Shown: positions 51,030 to 63,600 of the stretch, one piece after another | Position numbering within the stretch: the first letter of the stretch is position 1 | How the letters are laid out: every line of letters begins with the position of its first letter | Notes under the pieces: model-generated | What the model saw: only the letters and a program-made list of their open reading frames with translations | Databases searched by the model: none | What the model was told of the DNA's origin: nothing | From: Dicyema japonicum | Taxonomy: Eukaryota > Animalia > Dicyemida | Direction: 5' to 3' | Length of the DNA stretch: 64,000 nucleotides | NCBI GenBank assembly: GCA_011109175.1 | Contig: RDEW01000017.1 | Span: forward strand, 558,001 to 622,000 | Made by a program: the position numbers and the translations under genes

Positions 51030-53890
51030 TTAAACATGTTTTATTCGATCGCTTTTTACTGTCGCTTCATTTAGTGTTAGAGAACTCGAAAAGGAACATC
51101 TTGTGCGAGGACCTAGATCGTTACGAAGTTGATGTATCCTGTCTTCAAGAGACAAAAGTTGCAAGGGGACACGACGAAGTCTATGGAAAGTACCACCTAA
51201 TGTTACTACCGTCTTAATGCCGACACTATGGACTGGGATTTTCTGTCTGGGCTTCGTTGAGAAAGCGAGAGTTCAAAGTGTTGATTGTTAATGATCGTAT
51301 TGCGATTCTGTTAACTACTATCAACGTATATGTACCCCATACCGGCAGAATATTGGTTACCTCTGATGAGTTGGACGAATTTTATAAAAGCCTTTCTAAA
51401 GTGTGCATCGAACTGAACAAAACAACAATCATGTTTCTGGCGGGAGACTGGAATACCAAAGCAGGCATTAAGAAAAACAACGAAATATGTATCAGAAGGC
51501 ACGGAAGAGACTATCGAAACTCTTTCGGAGAGTTCCTATTTGGGCTTTGTCTGGAATTTGGTCTTTATCTATGCAATACGACCTTTCAACATCTAGCTAT
51601 GCAAAAGACGACATACACTGCCCACAGAAAGGCCGAGACGGCTGAAAGATTACAATATACAATCAAATAGATTATATATTATGTAAGAATCACATAAAAA
51701 CTTTCTCGTGGACTCACGTTCATATGGAAGAGCTGTAACAAATAGTGATCATTGGATAACGGTGGCTCGGATATGCATACGGAAACTATTTGGTAACATT
51801 GCTCAGAACAGTCCAGCTAACATTAAATACCTAAGACTAGCTACAGAGGAACTGATAAACAACACCGTGAAACGGATAAATCTTCAAGACAACATCGAGC
51901 AAACACATCACAACTAAATGTGAAGAAAGGCCAGACATTCTCCTGGATAATTTGGTCGAGGCTGTTAAACAGGCCGCGACAGATACTATCAGCTACAGAT
52001 TTAACCGCTCGAACAACAACTACGCACATTGTGATTCAAAACTAAGGGAAATGTCAGAGCACCAAAGAAACATCCGTGCTGAAACTGAACAAAGAGAACT
52101 AAGGAATCAATAAAGAATCCTTCATAAATAAAAGCCCGGGCACGTCTATTATGGACGAAATGCTTAGACGAGAAGGTTACCGAAATTGAAAATCCTTCAC
52201 CTGGAAGTCAAATGTTCATGGCTGTGGGTTGCTTAACCGGGGTTCCCGAAATTCCAAAACATCGATATGAGGTGAATCGAAACACTTAATATTGGATGAT
52301 GGAAACAAATCCTCACGAATTGCTGATCACTTTCAGAAACAATTCCGAACAGATGATACCTATGCACTCACATTTATTGGGCATCCGCGGAGTTTTTCAA
52401 ACGAAATAACACATTCGGAGGTCCTAGAAGCATTCCACCAAATGAACAAAAACAAGGCTGCAGGATGTGATGGAGTGCCAGGAGAATTACTCAAATACGC
52501 TCCCGATAATCTGGCAAGCTTTTTTGCACAAATACTGAACAAGGCTTTTGCATTACACTCCCTGCTTCCAATCGGAACCGGTTCATAAACGGGGACTCTT
52601 TGGGAGCTCAAGACCTTTTGTGCTAGTCACCACTCTAAGGAAAACTCTATCGACTATTGTTCGAGGCCGTATATCAATGTCGGTCGATCGATATCTCTCT
52701 TCCGATCAGAGTGGTTTCAGTCGTAGAAGATTCACAGCTGATGTTATCTAGAGCCATCGCTGGATCACTGCAATATGTAAGAAGTACAAACTATTCTTTC
52801 ATATTCTGAAAATCGACATGAGCAAGGCTTTTGACAGCATCAGCAGGAGTAAACTACTTACCGTGTTGAAAGACGTTGTCGATGAAGACAGTCTGTGCAT
52901 GATACATATGCTATTATCTGAAACTGAACTACTCGTCAGAGTTGGCTCTAAGGAGTCTGGACCTTTTCTACCAATGTTGGAACCCCACAAGGGACACTTT
53001 ATCTCCTGTATTTTTTATCATCTACCTGGAGGCAGCTTTGAGAGATCTAAGAGAACAAATTGGATGTCTGGAGAGCCACTTTATGGAACTCAAGCGGATG
53101 ATGTCGATTTCGTCGCGGAAGATCGGGAATTTATAGACGTTATTACGGAGAAAGCGATAACAATTTTGAGTAAATAGTCCCTCAAAGTCAATAAAGACAA
53201 AACTGAAATAACCACTATTGAAAAAACGCCACCCGCGTCGAGGATAAGTGGAGGAACAGCCGAAAACGGAGGAACAGCAGAAGATATTACACGACGAAAG
53301 ATGTTGGCCACAATAGCACTTAAAAATTACAATCCATTCTGATGAGAAAGAATAAAAGTTCTACAAGAAGCGATTACGTTTATATAATGGATTTGTCCGA
53401 CCAGTCCTCATGTAAAACACAGGTACTTGGGGAACATCAAAGAAATATATGGAACAACTCGATTGTTTCACAGAGGCCAACTAGAAAACTCCTTGGATAC
53501 TCTTGGCCAAATAAAATCTCAAACAATAATTTATACAGACTAACTGATTGTGGACCAATAAGTCTGAACGTACTTGAGCCCGCAGGCGCTTTTTTTTGAC
53601 ATATTCTACGGGTGAGTGGACAAACACCATGCAATGCCATCATGGAAGAATTTTTCGGCCATACTGAATCTTCTGCATTCAGAGGACGTCCAAGAAGTTG
53701 TCTTCCAAGGACACTTACTGAGATTATGGAGTCGGAGGCCGACTAATGACGATCTGGACGAAATTAGGAGACGAGCACGACAACGAAAAGATGGAGAAGA
53801 CTAACGGAAATGATAGTCGAAAAACATAGCACAAGCGAAACCATAAACAGTGTTTACTGGTAACACGAATGTGCTTTAACTAACTAAGCA
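51030..53890 (+). mobile_element. Full-length decayed RTE-like LINE (RTE3)
   Basis: CLQETK; CRHYGLGF; GDWNTK; NSDH; DMSKAFD; QADDVDF; colinear with RTE1. Confidence 0.9.
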
Positions 53891-53989
53891 GGAAGAAAAG
53901 TGGATACAAGAACACACCTTTAATTTATCATTTGGTATCACACTAGACTTCGGAGACATAAGGTAATTCAAGTAACTCATGGCATCTGC

Positions 53990-54390
53990 TTAACTATTGT
54001 CGACCATCTGTAAATTACTCTTCAATTATTCTAATAAGAAGGTCCTCATTTTTCTAATAATCCTGGATATACCTGAAAGAAGTTTTATCCAGTTATCCAG
54101 GTCGGAGTGGGACATATTCTTTTCAAGTATCCGCCATCGTGGGAACCCCTCCACTGGAATAGGGAAGAGAGTGGAGCCTCTTTTTCGATGCTAGCCATGC
54201 ATTGGGCTTCTCTTGAGTTAGGTGGAGCCAATGACGCCTATAAATTAATGTTGAGTCCCTCAAGGCCATCCAGAAACAATATCTGATGGATATGATAAAT
54301 TTCACATCATTACATTCTGTGCTCTTCAAACGTGTGGAGGAACCTAATGTCGATCTGGAAACCTCTAGTGGGTGACTAGCGGCTGGAAAT
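53990..54390 (-). mobile_element. SINE-like family 2 related copy
   Basis: GCATTGG..TGAGTTAGGTGGAGCCAATGACGCCT matches 46810-46850. Confidence 0.6.
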
Positions 54391-55265
54391 AACAGTTCAA
54401 GGATGAAATTTTATTCTGCTTATTGCAAAATAGGAACTTGTTTTTGTCATGTATGAATCGTTGTGCAATCATTGCAAAAAAACAAGTAGACTGTTGATCA
54501 TTGGGCCACTCTGTGGTAATGTTGAACAGTGATTACGTCTGAAGACACAATGAAGAAGTCAAATGTTTACATCTGCACTCTGCAGTATATTTGGATTAAA
54601 AAAGTGAAAAGGTTGAAAGGGCATTCGGTTCAGTCAATATTATCCACACATTTTGCTGAGATACGAGTTAATACATCGAATTTGACTGAAACAAATTCAA
54701 CAAACCTGATATTTTTATGAATGACAAGATAAAAATGGAATAACTCTTATCTAAGTGGGCACTCTTAGGATGCACAAACAAGTTGAGGTCGACAAGTGCC
54801 TCAAGTATGACCTCATTGTGGAAGAATTTTTTCTTCTTATGACTGCCAAGTAAAGATTATCCCGCTGGTTATGGAGCTATCTTGGAATGCCTAATGAATT
54901 ATATGGATAAGATATCTATTGAAGGAGCAACAAGGACTTACATAAGATTAGTTGTGTTGAAAAGGACCCTTGAAGGCATGCTAATTGAACACAAGCACCG
55001 GATGAAAGTCTCTGATAGAGATTTTCTATCTGCTTCCGGCAGTTTGTGGAGCTGACATGCACTTGCCGTGAGGATACTCCATTGAATGCTAACAGAGATT
55101 ATTTACTGACATTGATGTATAATAAAAGTTAGTTGGCGGCAAACCCTTCTTCTATGAGAAGGAGTGATTACTAGGACTGAAATTGTCCTATTTAGGAGAA
55201 AAAAATAGGACATTGTCCTATTTAATTAATTTAATTTATTAACCCCTGATACACCGAGAAAGAAG

Positions 55266-56066
55266 TTAATTAGCAGACAAAAAAGGTCTGATAGTGCCTA
55301 GGTGGGTTGCCCGTGTTTTCTCGGTCGTTATTATAGCGTGCTTCCTAGCAGACACACTTGACCCAGCTATCAGGATGTCGTGCATTCGCATTAGGATACG
55401 CTCACTTAGTTGGACTACTCCACACAGTCCACGGCCGAATTTATCACGGGGTAAATATAGTCTCTCCTTGTTGGCTGCCAGCACATGGACATGGTTCTCT
55501 CTGAGTACTCCACGGATCATAACATCCATCTCATCATACTCCTTGGGCTCAAACTCCACAACACCTATGTAGTAGTTTAGCAGGGAGACAGCATACTCAT
55601 TTAATGCTAGGAACAAATTCCTTGCATTTAGAGACGTCTTACACAATAACGCTGCTCTTTTACGGATGCCTTTAGTAATTTGTCGCTTTGTCTCAGGCAT
55701 TATAAGGGACTTTGAAGATTCGGTAACACACAGATACTTATATCCTTCGTGTTCCTCTAGGACTCTTACTAACTCGCTACATACTTGCGCGTTAGTCGCA
55801 GACTTTGAATAATTCAAATCTAGCCCTATACTCTCAAAGAATTCCCTGGCACAGACCCCCATGGAGTAGAGCTCCTCGGCTGTTCGAGCATACATCTTCA
55901 GGTCATCGATAAAAAGAAGGTGATTTGTACTGAAACAGACCCCTTCACAATGAACTGGTATTTGCTCAAACCGGTCATTGAGGCGGCGACTCAATGGCTC
56001 CAAACAGAGAACAAAGAGTAGCGGAGACATGCTATCCCCCTGAAGGATCCCCCTCTTGAGTTTCAA
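55266..56066 (-). mobile_element. R4/Dong-like (RLE-type) retrotransposon RT fragment
   Basis: RGILQGDSMSPLLF; NHLLFIDDLK; YKYL; ERLYLPR..GRGL; 266 open codons; no true start. Confidence 0.88.
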
Positions 56067-56145
56067 AATTTAGTCATTATTAAAATAAAAAATTTTAATT
56101 TTAATTAATTTATTATTCATTTATTTAAAATAAATAAATAAATAA

Positions 56146-58104
56146 ATGAGATTAAGTAGAAATCAAAGGTTAAATATAATAAAAAAGAAGGGACTAACTA
56201 TTTGGTTTACAGGTTTCAACTTGGAGTCATTTAAGGACTCTCTGGTTCTGGTAAATCAACCTTGTCTTTTACGATCGAAAAAATACTTATAAATTCAGGA
56301 GTCAGTGTATATTCAATCGACGGGGATATTTTAAGAAACGGAATAAATAAAGATCTCGGTTTTACGGCAGAAAACAGGGTCGAAAATATTCGTCGTGTGG
56401 CAGAGATCTCCAAGCTTTTCGTGGAATCAGGACACATTGTATTGAGCAGCTTTATCAGCCCATTTTCCCAAGTTATAAAACATTTAACAAATAGGACCGA
56501 GAGAATGCCCGAAAACTGCATAAAAACGACGAAATGGATTTCTACGAAATTTATGTCAAGGCCTCGTTAGAGGAATGTGAGAGAAGAGATGTTAAGGGAC
56601 TTTACAAGAAGGCCAGATCTGGAGAAATAACTGGTCTAGTGGAATTTTTATTCAGATTTTACTGGTGTCCATCAGACATACCAAATTCCAGACTGTCCAG
56701 ATTTGGTGATTGATACAGAAAGCAATAATATCGACTTTTGTGTTAATCAAATTATTACTTTTCTCATTGATAAAGTTTTTGGATGTAAAATTGTAGGCAA
56801 ATTTGATCCATCTGAATTTAAAGAATTTTAGAAATTTTATGGATGTTAATATTCGCAAAGTTATTTTATGATAAAATTAGATCGATTGTGAATGGCTTCA
56901 AGTAATCTCGGAGGGATGGTGTCGGCCTCTTAGTGGATTCATGACCGAGGACCAACTTCTAGAATGTCTCCACTTTGGGACAGTCACCGTTGACGGTAAT
57001 TTTTGACATGATGTAAGGTTTGGTTGCCAACCAAACGGTCCCCATTCTTCTGCCTGTCCAAACGAAGGTGGTAGAAACCATTAACAACTTCGACGGGATA
57101 AGGCTTATCTATGAAGGGAAGGAGGTAGGCACAATGACTGGATTCACTATATTTCCCAACCGAAAGGAAGAGAGAGCCTGCAGACTTTTTGGTTGCCGTT
57201 CAAAATTACACCCATCGATTAAAGTGAAGTAACAGCTTATTGTAGATAATTGAAGAAGAAGGGGATTGGCTGATTGGAGGCCCAGTCAAGTCGATTCAAA
57301 AAATTGTGTGGAATGATGGACTCGATAGCTACAGACTAGCACCAAGTGAGCTTAAAAGTATTTTTAAATCAAAAAATGTAATTAATTATTGTAAATTAAG
57401 GCTGATGCTGTTATCGCTTTCCAGCTGAGAAATCCAATTCATAACGGACATGCATTATTGATGAGGGAAGCTATTAATGATGTGAAGGCACGTGGATACA
57501 AGAACCCAGTTCTTTTGGTACATCCTCTGGGTTTTAATTTCGAGTTACTTTAGGTGGTTGGACTAAAGAGGACGACATTCCTCTTGCGGTGAGAATGAAA
57601 CAGCATCAGGCCTGTCTTGAAGATGGAGTCCTTGACCCAGATATAACAATTTTGGCTATTTTCCCTTCCCCCATGATGTATGCAGGGCCAAAGGAGGTAC
57701 TAGGAGAAAGATAATTAAGGTTCAATGGCACTGCCGAAGTAGAATCGAGGCTGGAGTCACATTCTATATTGTCGGAAGAGATCCTGCTGGAATCAGCCAC
57801 CCAGATATTAATTGCGACCTCTATGACCCTACTCACGGAGCACGAGTTACCTTTATGAGATATTAAGGTTCTGAAAATGGCTCGGAATTTGGAGCGTGTC
57901 GAGATACTGCCGTTCAAAGTGGCTGCCTTTAACAAAAAATCCAATAAAATGGAATTTTATGACCAAAACCGACATGATGATTATGTATTTATTTCAGGGA
58001 CGAAAATGAGACATTTTGCAAAATACGACATCAGTCCTCCAGATGGGTTTATGTCCCCCAAAGCCTGGAATGTTATTTCTAATTATTATAAAGTCTTATC
58101 CTAA
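56146..58104 (+). CDS. PAPSS: Bifunctional PAPS synthase (APS kinase + ATP sulfurylase), 11 introns of 21-23 nt
   Basis: [14 protein letters not shown]; [14 protein letters not shown]; [11 protein letters not shown]; [10 protein letters not shown]; HPLGGWTK; VGRDPAG; ISGTKMR; all exons join in frame. Confidence 0.96.
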
Positions 58105-58394
58105 CTAATCTAATTGGTCTTAACTCATTAATTTAAAGCAATGGTCTCCCACTTTTTTTTTGCTGCAGACCAGTAAGCGTTAGACAATTTTACAGCGACC
58201 CGATGTTGAGAAATCACAGCACGGGTCACAAGACACACAAACATAATTACAACACTAGTGACTAAGCTTAAAAGCCGTATGACTAAAGAGTACAAACTGA
58301 GATTTAGAAATTTAAAAACTGCTCGCATATATGCAAACAGAGTGCCTCTGGAGTCTGTTCGGCCGCTGAGAAGTAGAGACGTCTGGTTCCCTTG

Positions 58395-58570
58395 CATCTG
58401 CGACGCTGGAATTCTGAGTCGTCTAGGGAATCGGATTTATACATGATCAGAAGATCCCATGAGTGCTGCTAGTTATCCGAGCGAATCTTGCTCGTTATCC
58501 TGAGGGAATAGCCACACAGTCAGGGCGGCCGCTATATTCCCATCAATTTTCTCACTTTTGAATTTCAAGT
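58395..58570 (+). mobile_element. CRE-like 3' terminus
   Basis: GAATTCTGAGTCGTCTAGGGAATCGG matches ~50075-50105; GGAATAGCCAC..GTCAGGGCGGCCGCTATA matches 11835-11866. Confidence 0.72.
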
Positions 58571-58604
58571 TAATCATTTTTTTCAATTTTGTTGGTTTTT
58601 CGCA

Positions 58605-58865
58605 ATATCACCAAGGCTTGTAGTAAATGTAACGAGTACCAGGTAAAGGCCTAATTGCCCTAGTTCGAATTTCGCTGCTGTACATTCCAGCTAAAGGTTA
58701 CACTCATCTACGACGCTTTGACTTGACGATTGACGCCGTCATCAGTGATCATTTCACTGCGGAACTGGATCGTCTATAAAAAAACTCAAAAACAGCAAAA
58801 GGAAAAAAGTGTGTCCTGTCTGGATGGAGCTGTAGGTAATATGGCTCTGTGTAAAGTGGAGTATT
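58605..58865 (+). mobile_element. SINE-like family 1 / RTE 5' module
   Basis: B box GTTCGAATTTC; TGACGCCGTCATCAGTGA..TCACTGCGGAACTGGAT; GTGTGTCCTG..GGAGCT..TATGGCTCT. Confidence 0.8.
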
Positions 58866-59854
58866 ATGATTATTGTCGCCAGAAAATAAAGTTTAAGTTT
58901 ACAAACTGTTCTTTGATGGAGGTCGTTGGGACGTCAATGAGTATTTCGTCAGTTTTAGCCATTATAAATTATCTAGTTGAACAAAAACCAAAGGTCTCGT
59001 TGAAGACTAACAAGTCATCAAAACACTGGCAATCATAAATATCTAAAAGTCACACAGATGATATTTAGCCTTGATATTACTACATTCTTCTTTAATTCGA
59101 TCCAATCTAACTGACCTTCAGAAGACTGTTAAAGAACTTGTAATACTTTATGGCTAAGTTCAGAAGCCCGCGAAACCAAGTGGTTCCTCAGTTGATTTTG
59201 ACAGCTATTGTGAGGGGCAACGCTTTGACGACTATATGAATCGGAATGAACATTTAAACTCAAATTTGGAATTTCATTTTAATCAAATTTTTCTAGAAGA
59301 GTAGAAAACTTCCAAACTTTAAAAATAAAATAATTCACTTGAAACTATAACGTTTTTGATTATGACTGATTAGTAGGTTTCGTGTTTCCCATAAGCATAT
59401 GACGCGTTTCAGGTGGCGCCCAATACCTAAAGTTTCGTTTGTACCCTACTCCCTCCCTACTATCCATTCTACTAGTTTCTTCCATCCAATTTTCCTCCTA
59501 GCTTGAAAGTTGGAATTGAAAACGGAGTAGAATAGACAGATTGAGAGTATAACAGATAAGTCTCAATTACTCAACCAATAGACGTTTACGGCTAAATACT
59601 AAAACCACACATGTCGACTAAAACCTCAAATAACCTAAAAGTTTGACTAGCCATAAAATTTAAAATTATTTCTACGAAAAATCAAAGAAATTTATAGAAA
59701 ATCATCTTCTAACAGCCAAAACAGTGGGCATTCTCACGGAAGGTAAACCGTTCCTGCGTCAACCACCATCTTTCACGATGGTCTCTGAATCGTGACGCAA
59801 TCAAGTTTCCGATTTGGTGAATGATATTTTTACCAATCAGGCGGATATTTACCA

Positions 59855-60135
59855 CGTGGCGCCATGTGGTGCTAATTGGTTGAAGTTTTCTGTTTGTCTG
59901 TTCCTCTCTTTCCATTCCTACTAGCGTGGCGTCATGTAATCCACCTGTTTCAAGTGCGCCCAGTGCCAGGCTGGCACGAAAAAGGATCATTTGCTCTCCC
60001 TCACTCCACTGGAGGGGCTTCCACAACTTCAAGTTCCGGATGGACTCAGTTTCTGTAGAAGTGGAAACTGGATACACTTAACTAGTTGTTTACTTTTAAC
60101 TTCTTTCTCGGTGGATCCGGGGTTAAAAATGAATA
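59855..60135 (+). mobile_element. SINE-like family 2 copy
   Basis: Head GGCGCCATGTGGTGCTAATTGG; core GTGGCGTCATGTAATCCACC; LINE-like tail TTCTCGGTGGATCCGGGG. Confidence 0.75.
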
Positions 60136-60819
60136 ATATCAATCACTCGAGAGGTTCAGAAAACAGTTGTTATTCAGTTTAATTCAAATATATAATAAAA
60201 ATTTAATTTTTATTGATTTTGTAATAATTATGTCAAATTAATATGTTTTTGCAATAATTGCTGGATATGAGTAAACCCTCAAATGTACCATTAATATTCA
60301 ACTGAATAGAAAGAAAAGAAAATAAATGACCGAAATCTCGATTCTCCACAAAAGAGGATCCTCAGTGCCACCTTCAAAAAACTGAAAAAAATATTTGTTG
60401 AGAAACCAATGTCATCGTATTTCTTGGACATTACGCCAAACTATATAACAAATATATTATGGATGATTCCGAAGAAGATATAACTTGATTAATAAACTCA
60501 AACGTTGACAATGAATAAAGCCTGTTTACCAATTTGATGATCCGTTACGCGTACCCCAATTATTTGTTTTCTTGGCTAGTGATGAGCATTTTTTTCATTG
60601 GAATAGTTCGACCTCGTACATTTTCCCGTTGGAGTAGCTAGACAGATATGATATGCAAATACGAGTAAATTTTTAATATTAATAAAAAAAAACCATTTTC
60701 GTAAAGGTGTAGTAATGTTTCCACTATTAACATGTGCAGGAAACACAGTTTTATTTAAAGAAGATAAAAAAAATGTATGCTAATTAATGAAAGGGTCTAA
60801 ATCACCTGAAATGTTTTTA

Positions 60820-60952
60820 ACTTTTTTTTGGTTTCGTGAGAGTCGTCATGATGACGGAGTCACTAATCAATCCAAGGGGCGTATTAAATCCATGGAACAT
60901 TCTGTCGACACCGAGATTTGAACCTCGAAGCATTGGAATTCTGACCGGCATA
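60820..60952 (-). mobile_element. Diverged SINE-like family 1 copy
   Basis: TGATGACGGAGTCACT..CGAGATTTGAACC. Confidence 0.55.
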
Positions 60953-61892
60953 TGTCGCGTCCCGCACGGGTTACCCATCCAGTGGTGGTTACATTTCACA
61001 TGTCAATTGACATGTCACCTGTCATTCAATCTATATTAATGGCCATGCTATTTCCCATAACAATAGCCAACGAGATACGTTCTCGGAACCAACCAGTGGC
61101 CAGTGGCCATGGCCATTCAGATGCCTTAATTTAATTTTTATTCATTTGATCTATATTAATTGGTTACTGATCAAAAATCAAAGAATTTATTTTTTTTAAA
61201 GTTTATATTTCTTGACTCGACATGTTGACTATTTTCAATTCTCCTGAACGTGCCTTAATCTGTGATAACAAAATTAAATAAACCTCTATTCGATTGTTTG
61301 TCAAAATTTGAGTAATTTTACTTGGCTCTTCATATAGAGATTCAAATCTGCTCAACTTTAGCGATGATTATTCCCATAATCCTTTAAAACTCGTATCTAA
61401 ATTTATTCACTAAAACACCTCATTTCCAATAGAAAAAAATCATATTTGATTGATGAACGTTCATTCTTTTGTTCATCCGCTTAAAATAGGCTGAATTTAG
61501 ATTTGCTGGAGAAAAAGTATCGAACCTGTACAAACTCAAACTGCCACTGACTCTGCCGAACGAAGGATGCTGGATAAATATTTTGCGTTTAGAGACTGTT
61601 TCCACTTCGTTCAAATTGCATTTGAGACTTTGGTTGTACCCTGGCCTGTTACCAGAGGTGTTCTCAGAGATATTGGAAACGCAGTCTCGCCAAGGCTATA
61701 TCTTTATGAGCGGTATTGGTTTAGTGAAAGTCTCGGAATTGCTATCTTTCGGAGTAATTCTCACTGTCTCTTAGCAGCTGGTGTCTGATTTGTTTCTTTC
61801 ACTAATAATAAATTTGACATAAAAATATAATAACCCGATGAGGCGTTATCAGAGATCAGTTAAATGGATTTTTTAATTATTATTTTACGTTA

Positions 61893-62095
61893 GGCGTGGC
61901 GCTATGTGGTGCTACGTGGATAGTTTGTCAAAATTATTTTCCTTCCGATGGCCGTCACTGGATCCACCTTACTGAGAAGACGCCCAATTCCTGGCCGGCG
62001 TCAAGTAGATCCGACAATTCTTTCCCCGGGGACAACGTCGTTACCTGGTGACAAGTTCTGGATTACTGGAACGAGTCAGGATCGAGGAGTTTATT
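61893..62095 (+). mobile_element. SINE-like family 2 related copy
   Basis: GGCGCTATGTGGTGCTA head; GGCCGTCACTGGATCCACC core. Confidence 0.6.
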
Positions 62096-63600
62096 TTTTT
62101 ATTTTATTTATTTAACCCAAAACGACGGTAAAACCAAACTAATTATCACGTGATCCCGATGCATTCTAACAGAGACCTCATCTTTGCCCTTAATTTTCAG
62201 GGCCACCTTCCCGTGATCTGGAGTCTAGTCTCATAAGGGCCTTTAGAGGCGTTGGTACGGTTCGGTGATCTTCACAAATCCAACGCTCCGTTACTCTGTA
62301 AGCCCTCTTTTGCATTTCCTTAATCTTCCTCACATCTGTCCAAGATATGGACGGTCCCCACGAGGCGCATGCATATGAGAAACATGGCTCGATGTATTGT
62401 TTGTATACGTTCATCGAAGCCTCTCCAGGATTTTTGACATGGAACATAGTAGTGACACCGGTTTAGAAGACGCTGGGTCATCTCTCGGTCTTCCTGGTTT
62501 TAGTATTGGCCGTATTAGTGCCTGTTTCCATAATAATGGTATCACATTCTGGTTAATCGAATAGTTGAAAACCGACGTTAGAAAAGTAACTCCCCCGACT
62601 TCAAGATTTTTTAAATAAATAACAGGAATGTTGTCTGGTCCGTGGGAGTATGTCGTTTTTGCGGAATGTATTGTATCCCTAACCTCTCTCTTCGAAAAAA
62701 AAGTGGTTCTGATAGTCTCTTTAGTTTCCTGCCTAGTAGTGTATCAGACTTCATGTGCTCCTTGTGTGAAATTTTAGTATAGTATTTTGTCAAGTTGTTC
62801 ACATCTCTTTGAACATAATCCTCCTCTGTTGAAATTTCATCGCTTTTTACCACATTTCGAATAGCTTTCCACATTTCTCCCGCAGTGCGATTTCTATCTA
62901 CCATTGTAAGCACAATTCCACTTCAACCTCTGGGTCTTGAGCTCTTTGGCCTTTATTTCATTATTCAATGTTCTGATCCGGAGTTTCATATCCAAGGTTA
63001 TCCGGTTAGATTTTTTAAGCTGATTTCTTTTTTTAATCAAGGCCGTCTTCCCTCAACCACTCGACGAATTTAAGTAATGTTTGGATATATCACTTGATAT
63101 TGCTTAGAAGATTATTTGGGTAAAGTTTCCAGTTAGCGATACAATTTCCTGTTAGCACCTTTGTAATTGTAGCTGCTAAGAATTCTCCTCATGTTGGCCT
63201 CTTTATGATCTTCATCACATTTTGATTATGGTCGCTTCTTGTTTCGTAGAGGAATGACCAATCAATTTTTGATGAAAGCGACGATGAGCAGAGTGTTATG
63301 TCCTGTGAGGTAAGTTATTTTGTCTCTCTCAGTGGTGTCTTGTATTTCTAGATGGATCATTCAATATCGTTAGGGAGTCCGTTTGCGATAATAATAGTTC
63401 CCTCTCATGTCAGCTAGTTAAGGGATGCTTCGCATTCAAATCCCAGCAGATGATGATCTCATTGAAGGAATACAGTCTTGATAGGTTTGGCATAACATAG
63501 CTCTTCGGGCAGGAACCAGGAGGCAGAACGTAGATATTCACAAGGCATAGTCCTCCTTCCGTTGTCCCGAGCGAGATTCCAATAATTTCAAATCTACGAA
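62095..63600 (-). mobile_element. Decayed, internally deleted I-group LINE family C
   Basis: 3' UTR matches 30715-30775; YKQYIEPCFSYACASW; APE-like NIYV and SDH upstream. Confidence 0.75.

Noticed and set aside
56146-58104. Alternative genetic code explaining the fragmented host ORFs
   Set aside because: All in-frame stops fall inside GT-AG micro-introns; spliced PAPSS and LSM8 read cleanly in the standard code.
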